A stretch of 64,000 bases of DNA from assembly GCA_038890875.1 (NCBI GenBank), contig JAWAFA010000001.1:863-64862 (forward strand). The letters run 5' to 3'. Of this stretch, positions 46,915 through 56,025 are shown piece after piece. This DNA comes from Candidatus Pacearchaeota archaeon (GTDB lineage: Archaea > Nanobdellota > Nanobdellia > Pacearchaeales > JAPDKA01). The translations under genes were made by a program, and so were the position numbers. Position 1 is the first letter of the stretch; the number at the start of each line of letters is the position of its first letter. Below the pieces are notes generated by a model. The model made no database searches. It was not told the DNA's origin and saw nothing but the letters and a program-made list of their open reading frames with translations.

Positions 46915-48747
46915 TTATTCCATTGGAACTTCACCAAAACCTTTTCTTGGCATTTGCCCGCCAAGTTCGACAGGAAGCCCTGAAAAACCAGAGCCATAAA
47001 TGCTAAAATGTTGTTCTGGCAAGATAGGACCATAACCAGTAAAATAGGCTGGCACATTAGCTGCTAATGCTTGATTCCAAAATGGCGCCATTTCATAGGT
47101 ATAAAGAGGACTTCCAAGAGCAGCGAGAGCAAACGGATAGGGGCTTACCCCCATACCGTGTGGTGGTGGCAGTGCAAGTGTTGGAACTTCAAGAACTCCT
47201 TTAATGCCTGCTTTAGTTAGCTCAGCAATTTCAGCAAATATTTCTTTTGGAATCCCCCCCATACCGGGAGGCAAATGGCTATCTGTAAAGCCAAAATTAT
47301 CAGTGAGATGGATATGTTTGATGAAAGGTTTGATCTCTTCAAGATCTGCTTTTGCTTCGAGAGCCTCGAAACCATATTTTCTTAATAGGTTTATATGCCC
47401 TATATCCCAAGTAGCTCCAATAATTTTTTCAGCAATTTCTTTTGCTTTTTTCTCTCCAAGTTTATCTTTCATTTTTTCTACAAATTTTTCTCGGCTCTCA
47501 ATAATTAGCTTCTTCAATTCTTCGCCTCTTCCAAAAGCAGTATCAGGATAAACATTTTCAATGCTTAATATTGGTGCTTTATCTTTAAACTTTTCATAAC
47601 TTTTTACTGCAAGATTGCCGATTGTTTCACTTGCTTTTTCTCTAGCAAAATCTTCAGAGAGCTTAAGAAATTCTGGGCTGAATTCATTCAGCTTAGAAAA
47701 AACTTTAGTAGCTACTAACATTCCTTCTTTATCAGGGGTTATCTTCGTGATTTCTTCAGCTATTTGTTTTAATTTTTCTTGTTTCACTTTATCTTCTTCA
47801 CTAGCTTTCCAAGCTATTCTAAAGGCTGTATTGATATGATCTTTTAATTCGTTAAAAAGGAGATTTGATTTAACTATAGAAGTTTCTAAAGTTTTTGATT
47901 CAGGATATTCTTGATACATCGTAAATTCGAGCAACTTTTTTTCTTCCTCATTTAATTTTTCTAATGGCTTTAAAAATAAACGCTCAGAATAACTTTCTTT
48001 CAATTTATTAAGCTGCTCTTCAAAATGTTTTGGTGGAAAATGTTTTATAAAATCTTCTATCTCACTTTTTCTTCTTTCTAAAGAATTTACAAATTTCTTC
48101 CATTCTTCTTTATTTTTTTCTTCTAAAAATGCCTTAATTTGTTCTCTGGTTATCAGCTCTGGTTTTTTCCCAGTTGCTATTTCTTCTGGAATGATTTTTT
48201 GAATTTCACTCGCAGGAATAAAACCAACATTATTTTCAAGAGTATTAACTACACCGACCTTTTCAATAACCTCTTTTCCATCAACTTTTCTTGTTATTAT
48301 CCCTGCAGGAATTCCAGCAGTGGCATGAATAGTTATTGGTTGATTACCACCAGTAGCTACAGTTGCTCTCTCTATAGCATTAAATAAAAATGTTTCATTT
48401 TCCATTCTTGCTTCATCACTTATTTTGCCTCCTTCGCTAAGCCCTGCAGGATCAACGATTGGAGCATGCCAAGTTACTTCACTGCCAGTGATTTTCGCTA
48501 ATCTTGCAATCTCTTCGAAGTGTTGTTTAGGAATTTTTTCAAAAGTTTCAGGGCTAATAACTCCAGCCTCTACAAATTTCATACCTGTGCTAAGCCTATT
48601 GTTTACTTCTTGTATTTGATTTAGAGTCATTGCACTTGCCGTAGCCCCAAGCTTACCTGTAGGAAATCTATAGCCAATGAACAAATCACTATATACACTT
48701 TCTGGAGGGGGGAAGCTTAGTCCTGGATAAAACACCTCTTTGTTCAT
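46915..48747 (-). CDS. xylose-isomerase-like TIM-barrel protein with ~300-aa coiled-coil insertion and Pro/Gly/aromatic-rich C-terminal tail
   Basis: N-terminal half has TIM-barrel motifs (…EVTWHAPI…, …ATGGNQPITIHATAG…). After a long K/E coiled coil the barrel resumes (…ATWDIGHINLL…, …IKHIHLTDNFGFTDSHLPPGMGGIP…, …VLEVPTL). C-terminus PPPHGMGVSPYPF…YFTGYGP…. Confidence 0.45.
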   Translation of the reverse strand: MNKEVFYPGLSFPPPESVYSDLFIGYRFPTGKLGATASAMTLNQIQEVNNRLSTGMKFVEAGVISPETFEKIPKQHFEEIARLAKITGSEVTWHAPIVDPAGLSEGGKISDEARMENETFLFNAIERATVATGGNQPITIHATAGIPAGIITRKVDGKEVIEKVGVVNTLENNVGFIPASEIQKIIPEEIATGKKPELITREQIKAFLEEKNKEEWKKFVNSLERRKSEIEDFIKHFPPKHFEEQLNKLKESYSERLFLKPLEKLNEEEKKLLEFTMYQEYPESKTLETSIVKSNLLFNELKDHINTAFRIAWKASEEDKVKQEKLKQIAEEITKITPDKEGMLVATKVFSKLNEFSPEFLKLSEDFAREKASETIGNLAVKSYEKFKDKAPILSIENVYPDTAFGRGEELKKLIIESREKFVEKMKDKLGEKKAKEIAEKIIGATWDIGHINLLRKYGFEALEAKADLEEIKPFIKHIHLTDNFGFTDSHLPPGMGGIPKEIFAEIAELTKAGIKGVLEVPTLALPPPHGMGVSPYPFALAALGSPLYTYEMAPFWNQALAANVPAYFTGYGPILPEQHFSIYGSGFSGLPVELGGQMPRKGFGEVPME

Positions 48748-48845
48748 AAGTAAAGAAAAAACTAGGATATTTAAGTTTTGTTATTTTTGTTATTTTTGTT
48801 ATTTAATTGAGGTAAAATATTTAAATAAAATTTCATCCAAAATTC

Positions 48846-49829
48846 ATGAAAAGCACAGTTGAAAAGAGGTTTGAGCTAATAAGGCGAAATCTTGTTGAAG
48901 TCATTGAACCAAGCGAGCTGATGCGACTTCTTGAAGAAAAGAAAAGGCCAATCATTTATCATGGTTTTGAACCAAGTAGTAAGGCCATACATATAGGCTA
49001 TTTAATTGGCTTACAAAAACATCTTGATTTTATCGACGCTGGTCTAAAGCTTATTATCTTGTTCGCTGATTTGCATGCATGGTTGAATGAAAAAGGAACT
49101 TGGCAAGAAATTAAGCAAATGGTAAAGAATTATAAGAGAAATTTTGTTGCTGTTGGCATCCCAATAAAAAAAGTTGAATTTGTTCTTGGTAGTGAGTTTC
49201 AATTTAAAAAAGGTTATTGGCTTGATGTTATGAAGCTAGCATTACGTGTTAGAATGCAAAGAGCAAAGCGAAGTATGACTATTATTGGCAGAGCCGAACA
49301 AGATCCACATGTTGCTCAGTTTTTATACCCTTTAATGCAGGTAGCTGATATGAAGCATCTAACAGTTGACATCGCTTTTGGTGATCTTGCACAAAGAAAA
49401 GTGCACATGATTGGGAGAGAAGAGTTGGGGAATATAGGCTACAAAAAACCAATATGCCTCCATCATGCTGAAATGGCTGGCCTTACTCAAGAAGGTAAAA
49501 TGTCTAGTAGCAAGCCAGAAACTACAATTTTTGTTAATGACACCCCTGAAGTAATAGAGAAAAAAATTCTTGAAGCTTATTGTGAGCCAGCAAAAGCTGA
49601 AAACAATTCGATACTGCAGATTGTTGAATATATTATTTTTGGTAGGCTTGGTAGAAGAGAGTTTAAGATTGAAAGGCCAACGAAATTTGGAGGAGATATC
49701 GTTTATAAAAGTTATAAAGAGTTAAAAGAGGATTATGAAAAAGCTTTATTGCATCCACTGGACTTGAAAAAAAATGTTGCCAGAGAGCTCATCGCAATTC
49801 TTGAGCCAATAAGAAAAAAATTAAGTTAA
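48846..49829 (+). CDS. tyrS: tyrosyl-tRNA synthetase, archaeal type
   Basis: Class I HIGH-variant (…AIHIGYLIG…) and KMSSS (KMSKS) motifs, ~327 aa. Confidence 0.8.
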   Translation: MKSTVEKRFELIRRNLVEVIEPSELMRLLEEKKRPIIYHGFEPSSKAIHIGYLIGLQKHLDFIDAGLKLIILFADLHAWLNEKGTWQEIKQMVKNYKRNFVAVGIPIKKVEFVLGSEFQFKKGYWLDVMKLALRVRMQRAKRSMTIIGRAEQDPHVAQFLYPLMQVADMKHLTVDIAFGDLAQRKVHMIGREELGNIGYKKPICLHHAEMAGLTQEGKMSSSKPETTIFVNDTPEVIEKKILEAYCEPAKAENNSILQIVEYIIFGRLGRREFKIERPTKFGGDIVYKSYKELKEDYEKALLHPLDLKKNVARELIAILEPIRKKLS

Positions 49830-50767
49830 TATTTGCTAAAATAAAATTCAACAATATCCTTATCTTCTAGCTCATGATTAACATTAACAGCTTGCCAAGC
49901 AAATTTTACACTTTTACCAGCAACCAATGCCTTTAACAATTTTTCACTGCTTATTTTTATCTCTTTGAGAACATCTTGGATTGTTGGGCGATTTAAAAAA
50001 ACAAGAGGGCGGGCTTCTGGCTGTTTCGCTTCTGGCTTCTTAAGATAGATTCTATAAATTTTTAGGGCTGAAAAAAGACTTGCTTTTATTTCATTAATAC
50101 ATTGAGTAATATCACAAAAAATAACTTTAATATTACATCTAATACTCTTACTTATTTCAAAGGTTATTTTTTCTTCTCTAAATTCGGTATGGCCATTGAC
50201 TATTATAAGAATTGGTTTATCTTTGGTATTTTCATTAAATTCAAAAAATTCCTTAATAATTTTTTCTGCATCATTAATACTTTTAACAAGGACTAGGATT
50301 AAATCAGTTGTTAGAGCATAACTCAACCATCGTCTATCATCATCAACAATGCCTACTAGTGAAGGAAATTCAATGAGCTGGAAATCAACATCATTATAGC
50401 TTAACATGCCAATCTCTGGTGTGACTGTTGTGAATGGTGCATCACTAATCTTCGGTTTAGCGTTAGTGATTAAACTAAGCAATAAGCTTTTGCCGCTCTT
50501 AGTAAAACCGTAAATACAAACTTGAATGCCTTGTTTTTCTATTTTAAAGTGTTTACTTTGCTTTTTTTGTTTTTTCTGTTTTTCTTCGAGTTTTGCTTTA
50601 AGCTTGGCGTAGCGGGCACGTAAATTTGCTCGAAGCTGTTCTGCTCCTTTATGTTTTGGCATAAATTTTAACATTTCTTCCAAAGCTGCTAGCCGTTCCT
50701 CGTCAGTTTTTGCACGTAAATATTTTTTCTCTGCATTCAAGTATTCAATAGAGGCATTTGTTACCAT
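49826..50767 (-). CDS. DRG/Obg-like protein with C-terminal TGS domain and degenerate G motifs
   Basis: G1-like GFTKSGKS and G2-like PFTTVTP. G3 DxxG is replaced (QLIEFPSL) and there is no NKxD. C-terminal TGS-like (…LVFLNRPTIQDVLKEIKIS…KFAWQAV…). Confidence 0.5.
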   Translation of the reverse strand: MVTNASIEYLNAEKKYLRAKTDEERLAALEEMLKFMPKHKGAEQLRANLRARYAKLKAKLEEKQKKQKKQSKHFKIEKQGIQVCIYGFTKSGKSLLLSLITNAKPKISDAPFTTVTPEIGMLSYNDVDFQLIEFPSLVGIVDDDRRWLSYALTTDLILVLVKSINDAEKIIKEFFEFNENTKDKPILIIVNGHTEFREEKITFEISKSIRCNIKVIFCDITQCINEIKASLFSALKIYRIYLKKPEAKQPEARPLVFLNRPTIQDVLKEIKISSEKLLKALVAGKSVKFAWQAVNVNHELEDKDIVEFYFSKY

Positions 50768-50815
50768 AAATTTTTAGTTAGATAAGTTTTTTAAAATTAA
50801 AGTTTCCTTTAGATT

Positions 50816-52018
50816 ATGGCAGAATTTAAAAGAGAGGTGTTAAGTAATGGAGTTATCTTGCTTCATGAAAAAAGAACACTGCCAGTAACAAGCGTAGCTA
50901 TAGCATGCAAGGTAGGTTCGATAAATGAAAATAAAAGCATAAAAGGAGTAAGCCACTTCGTTGAACATACCACTTTTAAAGGCACAACAAAGCGCGATCA
51001 AAAGCAAATTAAGAGTGAAATCGAAGGTGTTGGCGGCGATTTTAATGCTTTTACTGATCATGAGACTACAGCCTATCATGCAAAAGTTCCATCAAGACAT
51101 TTTGATAAAGCTTTTGATGTTCTTGCTGATATGGTTCAAAATGCTGTTTTTCCTGAGCTTGAAATTGAAAAAGAGAAAAAAGTAATACTTGAAGAAATAA
51201 AAATGATCTATGACGACCCAAAGCGGTTCTTATTTGAAAAAGTTTTTGAATCTCTTTATTCAGGAGATTTTGGATTACCAATAATCGGTACAAAAGAAAG
51301 TGTTAGTTCATTATCACGAGAAAAAATGTTAAAATGGTATAATAATTATTACCAAAGCAAAAATTTTATTGTTAGTGTTGTTGGCAAAAATGAATTTGAG
51401 GAAGTTAAAAAAGCTGTTGAGGAAAAAATTAGTTTTAGAAGCAATCCAAAAATCAACAATTTAAAAACAAAAAAAAGAATTAAAGATTTTGTTGAAACAA
51501 GAAAACAGATTGAACAAGCTCATCTTGGTTTTGCCTTTCATTTACCTAACGGCTTTAGTGAGTATAGATATGCGGCTGAAGTTGCAAATGCACTGCTTGG
51601 TTTTGGAATGAGCAGTTGGCTTTTTCAAGAAATAAGAGAGAAACGCGCTTTAGCTTATGCCACTAAATCAATACTTGATTTAGGAAGAAATTTTGGATAT
51701 CTCTTGATTTATGTTGGTACTGATAAAAACAAAATAACGGAAGTTGAGACAGTTACAAATGAATTAATAAAAAGGTTAAAGGAGATTGATACAAAAGATC
51801 TAGAAGAACCAAAAGAGCAGCTCATTGGAAACTGGGAGTTAGCAAGAGAAAACAGCTTGCTTACTTGTATTGATCTAATTGGTTATGAGCTTATTAACAA
51901 GATTGATGATTATTACAGATATGATGAAAAAATTTCTGCTGTTAACGCGACTCATATCAAAGAGTTGTTCAAAGAAACAATAGGGCTAGCTAAAGTTTTT
52001 ATTTTACCCCGAAAATGA
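50816..52018 (+). CDS. M16-family (pitrilysin-like) zinc peptidase
   Basis: Inverted zinc motif HFVEHTTFKG (HxxEH), ~400 aa. Confidence 0.8.
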   Translation: MAEFKREVLSNGVILLHEKRTLPVTSVAIACKVGSINENKSIKGVSHFVEHTTFKGTTKRDQKQIKSEIEGVGGDFNAFTDHETTAYHAKVPSRHFDKAFDVLADMVQNAVFPELEIEKEKKVILEEIKMIYDDPKRFLFEKVFESLYSGDFGLPIIGTKESVSSLSREKMLKWYNNYYQSKNFIVSVVGKNEFEEVKKAVEEKISFRSNPKINNLKTKKRIKDFVETRKQIEQAHLGFAFHLPNGFSEYRYAAEVANALLGFGMSSWLFQEIREKRALAYATKSILDLGRNFGYLLIYVGTDKNKITEVETVTNELIKRLKEIDTKDLEEPKEQLIGNWELARENSLLTCIDLIGYELINKIDDYYRYDEKISAVNATHIKELFKETIGLAKVFILPRK

Positions 52019-52590
52019 AAACAATAGTCAAACTTCTAATTTTATCTGATTTTTTTATTTTCACAGGATTAGGATTGATCTCACCAATAATTGCTATCTT
52101 TATTAAGGAAAACCTTGTTGGCGGAAGCATTCATGCTGCAGGAATAGCGAGCATGATTTTTATTTTTATAAGGTCAATATTACAACCTGTTTTTGCCTAT
52201 ATAGCACAGCCGAAGCACAGGCTCAGTATGTTAATAGGTGGGACTTCTCTTATACTACTTGTTCCAATAATTTATTTTTTCTCATCAAACGTGATTCATT
52301 TCTATATCGCATCAATAATCTATGGAATTGGCGCAGCAATTGCCTATCCTCCTTGGCTTAGCTATTTTACAAGAAATTTAACGAAGGGGGCTGAAGGTTT
52401 TGAATGGAGTGTTTACTATTCTGTTGAAGGAGTTGGTAGCGCTATTGCTGCTCTCATTGGTGGATATGCTGTTGAAAAAATAGGTTTCTACTCTGTTTTT
52501 ATTATCGTTGCAATAATGCTATTCTTTGGACTTCTTGTAGTTTTATGGATAGGTATGCAAAATAAAAATCACAAGATTAAGATAAAATAA
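52015..52590 (+). CDS. membrane protein (6 TM, MFS-half-like)
   Basis: 191 aa, six hydrophobic helices. Overlaps the peptidase stop by 4 nt. Confidence 0.4.
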   Translation: MKTIVKLLILSDFFIFTGLGLISPIIAIFIKENLVGGSIHAAGIASMIFIFIRSILQPVFAYIAQPKHRLSMLIGGTSLILLVPIIYFFSSNVIHFYIASIIYGIGAAIAYPPWLSYFTRNLTKGAEGFEWSVYYSVEGVGSAIAALIGGYAVEKIGFYSVFIIVAIMLFFGLLVVLWIGMQNKNHKIKIK

Positions 52591-52594
52591 AAGA

Positions 52595-53140
52595 ATGAGA
52601 TGTTTTATAGCTGTTGATTTACCCAAAGAAGCACAAGAGAGACTAGCAAAAATCGAAGAACAGATAAAACGGTTTGAAATAAAGGCAAACTTTATAAAAC
52701 CCGAGCAGTTACATTTAACAATTCGCTTTCTTGGTGAAGTCTCTGATTTTAAGATGAATCAAATAAAGGGGCTATTAAAAGAAATAACAATAAAAAAATT
52801 TAAGGCAAGATTGAATACACTTGGGGTTTTTCCTTCAGAGAGCTTTATAAGAGTAGTTTGGATCAATCTTGAGCCAGGCAAAAAATTTCAAGAGATTCAT
52901 GAGTTGATTGACAAAAAACTTGAGAGTATAAAAATAAAGCCCGATCCAAGATTTGAAAGTCATGTCACTCTTGCGAGGATTAAATGGTTAAAAGATAGAG
53001 CAGAGTTTATTGAGAAATTAAAAAAGATAAAAGTTGAACCTCTTGAGTTTAACATAGAAAGTTTAAAATTAAAAAAAAGTACATTAACTAAAGACGGTCC
53101 AATTTATGAAGATATTATAGAAATAAAGTTTGAAGATTAA
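52595..53140 (+). CDS. thpR: RNA 2',3'-cyclic phosphodiesterase (2H family, ThpR/LigT)
   Basis: Two H-x-T/S-x motifs: HLTIRFLGEV and HVTLARI. Confidence 0.75.
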   Translation: MRCFIAVDLPKEAQERLAKIEEQIKRFEIKANFIKPEQLHLTIRFLGEVSDFKMNQIKGLLKEITIKKFKARLNTLGVFPSESFIRVVWINLEPGKKFQEIHELIDKKLESIKIKPDPRFESHVTLARIKWLKDRAEFIEKLKKIKVEPLEFNIESLKLKKSTLTKDGPIYEDIIEIKFED

Positions 53141-53186
53141 ATTAAGATTAAATTAAGATTAAAAAGAGCAAAGTGGAAGTTTGTAT

Positions 53187-53825
53187 CTAAGAGTTATATT
53201 TAGACTCTATAATTTTTTTTATTATTTTTGCTTTCTTGCCTAACTTTTTTATTTTTGCCAACTCTTCTTCGTCAGCATTAATAAAAGCTTTTATTGTGCC
53301 AAACCTCTTTAAGATTTCTCGCGCCGTAATTTTACCAATTCCTGGAAAACTTTCAAGAATGAACTCTTGTTGTTCAAAAATGTTTGAAAATTTTGGCTTC
53401 ACGGCGAGACTTATTTCAACCTTTTTCTTTCCTGTCCTTTTATCAAGTACCTCAAGATAATTGCAAGTGTCAATAAAATCTTTTGTAAAAACTATAGGGA
53501 TCTTATAATCAATTAAAATGCTTAAGATCATGCCTCTTATCGCATTATCATTTAAGTTACCACGACCAAAAAGCTCTTGCTCGTCAAGCCCTTCAAGAAT
53601 AATAAGTTTATATTTAAACTTACTTTCTTTTAAATCCTTAAGTTGTTTTATAAGTCTTTTATTAAGCATGCTACTTATAAAATCGTTTAAACTTTTTCTT
53701 TCGATAATTGTATTTCCCACTATGTAATCCCCAATTGGAAGTACTTTTTCTTCAATATTAATTCCTCGTGCTTTTAACTCAGCAATAATTGCACTATTTC
53801 GCTCACGCTTGTCAGCAATGATCAT
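53187..53825 (-). CDS. xpf: short XPF/ERCC4-type structure-specific endonuclease with (HhH)2
   Basis: ERCC4 motifs (IIADKRE, IERKSLNDF) and C-terminal HhH2 (FPGIGKITAREILKRFG). Confidence 0.75.
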   Translation of the reverse strand: MIIADKRERNSAIIAELKARGINIEEKVLPIGDYIVGNTIIERKSLNDFISSMLNKRLIKQLKDLKESKFKYKLIILEGLDEQELFGRGNLNDNAIRGMILSILIDYKIPIVFTKDFIDTCNYLEVLDKRTGKKKVEISLAVKPKFSNIFEQQEFILESFPGIGKITAREILKRFGTIKAFINADEEELAKIKKLGKKAKIIKKIIESKYNS

Positions 53826-53858
53826 GAATATTTTAAAGCCCAGACTTTAAAATTCTTT

Positions 53859-54137
53859 ATGAAAATAACAGCATTATTTGCATTAATCGATGTTTATGCA
53901 TTATTAATGCTCTTTGCTTTGATAGTAGGTATAAAACCACATCTTGCAATAGCAATTGCCGTCTTTCTTTTACTTATCAAAGTATTGCTTTTCTTCACAG
54001 GCCTTTGCCTTGCTTCGGCCATTGATGTTTTTGTAGCATTAGTATTAATCCTTGAAAATTTCTTTGATCTCGGTTTGACATTACTATTTATTGCAACTCT
54101 TTTGCTTGGCCAAAAAGCCTTTTTCAGCTTTCTTTAG
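53859..54137 (+). CDS. small hydrophobic protein (doubtful)
   Basis: 92 aa, entirely hydrophobic. Followed by a short tandem repeat. Confidence 0.2.
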   Translation: MKITALFALIDVYALLMLFALIVGIKPHLAIAIAVFLLLIKVLLFFTGLCLASAIDVFVALVLILENFFDLGLTLLFIATLLLGQKAFFSFL

Positions 54138-54187
54138 ATTTCTTTAGATTTCTTTAATTTAGATTTCTTTAACTTTATTTAACTTTT

Positions 54188-54769
54188 TCAATACTGTATC
54201 CCAATTGTTGCAGAAATTTTTTTTGGCAGTTTAATAATTTTAACTTCGTTCGCATAATCACTTAGTTCAATAATTTTTTTACTTGCATACCTTCCAGTCA
54301 GCACAACATTACAGTTTTTGTTATAATTACTGATAAATTTAAGCAAATTTTTTATTTCATCAAAACTTATAAGTTTAAAATAATTCGCCAGGATAATTTC
54401 ATCAAGCACTAACAAATGTGGTTTTTCTTTCTTGACAATTTTTTTTGTAAATTTTAATGCCTCTAAGCAACGCTTTCGATCTAGTTCTTCTATGTTTCTA
54501 ACTTTTAACTTTATTCCATTAATTTTAACTTCATTTTTTTTGCTGTCTTTTAGTTTGCCTTTTATCCACCCAGGAACACCAAATTGATAAATTTTATAAT
54601 AAGGCTTGATTGCACTTATTTTTGCAAACTTTATTTCGCCACAATTTTTCCAATATTTCATAAACTGAATAATCACTACCTTTTTTTTATGCCCTATACA
54701 TCTTAATGCTAAGCCTAACGCATTCGTTGTTTTTCCTCCGCCTTCACCAGTATAAACATAAACTTGCAT
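54188..54769 (-). CDS. cobO: ATP:cob(I)alamin adenosyltransferase (CobO/BtuR type)
   Basis: MQVYVYTGEGGGKTTNALGLALRCIGHKKKVVIIQFMKY matches the CobA/CobO P-loop region. Confidence 0.8.
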   Translation of the reverse strand: MQVYVYTGEGGGKTTNALGLALRCIGHKKKVVIIQFMKYWKNCGEIKFAKISAIKPYYKIYQFGVPGWIKGKLKDSKKNEVKINGIKLKVRNIEELDRKRCLEALKFTKKIVKKEKPHLLVLDEIILANYFKLISFDEIKNLLKFISNYNKNCNVVLTGRYASKKIIELSDYANEVKIIKLPKKISATIGIQY

Positions 54770-54820
54770 AAAAGCATTTGATTTTTGAATTTATTAAGTT
54801 ATCGAACTATCAGCCTTTCA

Positions 54821-55066
54821 TTAATCCTTTCTCACTCTAAATTCTGATCTTAGCATGGAATAAATCAAATCATCTATCCAATGCCTTCTTACAAGTTTTG
54901 CTTTTCTTAGTCTACCCTCAAAATGAAAGCCGCATTTCTCGAGCAATTTAGCAGAACGAATATTAGGATGCATTACTTTGGCATGAATTCGCATAAGTCT
55001 TAGCCTTTTGAAACCAAAATTAAGAATAAGCCTTATTGCTTCTTTCATTATCCCTTTTCCCCCCAA
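54821..55066 (-). pseudogene. GNAT acetyltransferase, 5'-truncated remnant (C-terminal half only)
   Basis: 81 aa matching the C-terminal half of RimJ/RimL-type GNATs (…KGI…EAIRLILNFGFKRLRLMRIHAKVMHPNIRSAKLLEKCGFHFEGRLRKA…). Only 56 nt separate it from the upstream gene. Confidence 0.5.
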
Positions 55067-55122
55067 GCTCTGCTGGCACTATTTTGTTTAATTTTTTTAA
55101 ATTAAGAAAAGTCAGCTCAAAA

Positions 55123-55893
55123 TTAGTCGGTTATTTCATAAACAACTGCCACTCTTGCGCTAACTTCTTGCTCAGAAGGCCTTATATTTGTGATTGCTTC
55201 TTTTGCTTTTTCTCTTGCTTCTTGCTGCTCATCTTGTGCCATTGCTCTATAAATTGGCCATGGATAATAATCAAAACTTATCTCTGAAACAGAAACAAGT
55301 TTTCCTAGGCTTTTATCAAGCCCAGAGGCTATTGCTTCTACTTTTCGCTTAGCATCTTCACTAGCTTGTTTTAAAGCTATTGCCTTATAATAATTTTGTT
55401 TTTCTGTGCTTAATTCAAAATTAATATAGTCTATCATTGCTCCTGCATCGACGCCAGCATCAATAACAGGGCCTACTTTGTCTATTTGTGCTGTTTGCAG
55501 CTCAACTTTGAATGAATGAATTGCTTTATAGCCAATTAATTTTCTTTCATTTGTTTCATAATTCCATTCATATTCTGGATAAATGTTATAGTCTTGTGTT
55601 TGTATTTTTTCTTCAGGAATGCTGATTTTCTTTAAAGCATCTGTAGCTTTATTAACAATTTCTGCATTTCTATCTTTAGCTTCTTTAGCGCTAGAGCCAT
55701 TTGTCTCAGCTCGAAAATAGACAGTTACTAAATCAGGACTTGCTTTAATTGTAGCCTGGCCCTCAGCACTTATTGTATTTTCACTCTCCGCCTTGAGTTT
55801 AGAAAATATTGCCATGATTAATCCTGCAACAATGCCAGTTAAAATCAAAATGCCAACAACAATTATCAAAGTTATCTGCACTGATTTTTGCAT
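55123..55893 (-). CDS. SIMPL-domain (DUF541) protein, membrane-anchored
   Basis: N-terminal TM, then the SIMPL pattern (…LIGYKAIHSFKVELQTAQIDKVGPVIDAGVDAGAMIDYINFELS…). Confidence 0.7.
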   Translation of the reverse strand: MQKSVQITLIIVVGILILTGIVAGLIMAIFSKLKAESENTISAEGQATIKASPDLVTVYFRAETNGSSAKEAKDRNAEIVNKATDALKKISIPEEKIQTQDYNIYPEYEWNYETNERKLIGYKAIHSFKVELQTAQIDKVGPVIDAGVDAGAMIDYINFELSTEKQNYYKAIALKQASEDAKRKVEAIASGLDKSLGKLVSVSEISFDYYPWPIYRAMAQDEQQEAREKAKEAITNIRPSEQEVSARVAVVYEITD

Positions 55894-55934
55894 TTTTAAT
55901 TACTTTTTTATATTTTAAAAATTTACTTATTGGA

Positions 55935-56006
55935 GGGCCTGTAGTTCAATGGTAGAACGCTCGCCTCGCTAGCGAGAGGTTCCGGGTTCAAATCCCGGCA
56001 GGTCCA
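55935..56006 (+). tRNA. tRNA-Ala (anticodon CGC)
   Basis: GGGCCTGTAGTTCAATGGTAGAACGCTCGCCTCGCTAGCGAGAGGTTCCGGGTTCAAATCCCGGCAGGTCCA. G3:U70 Ala identity pair, anticodon loop CTCGCTA, no encoded CCA. Confidence 0.85.
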
Positions 56007-56025
56007 TAATTATAAGTAGCTATAA

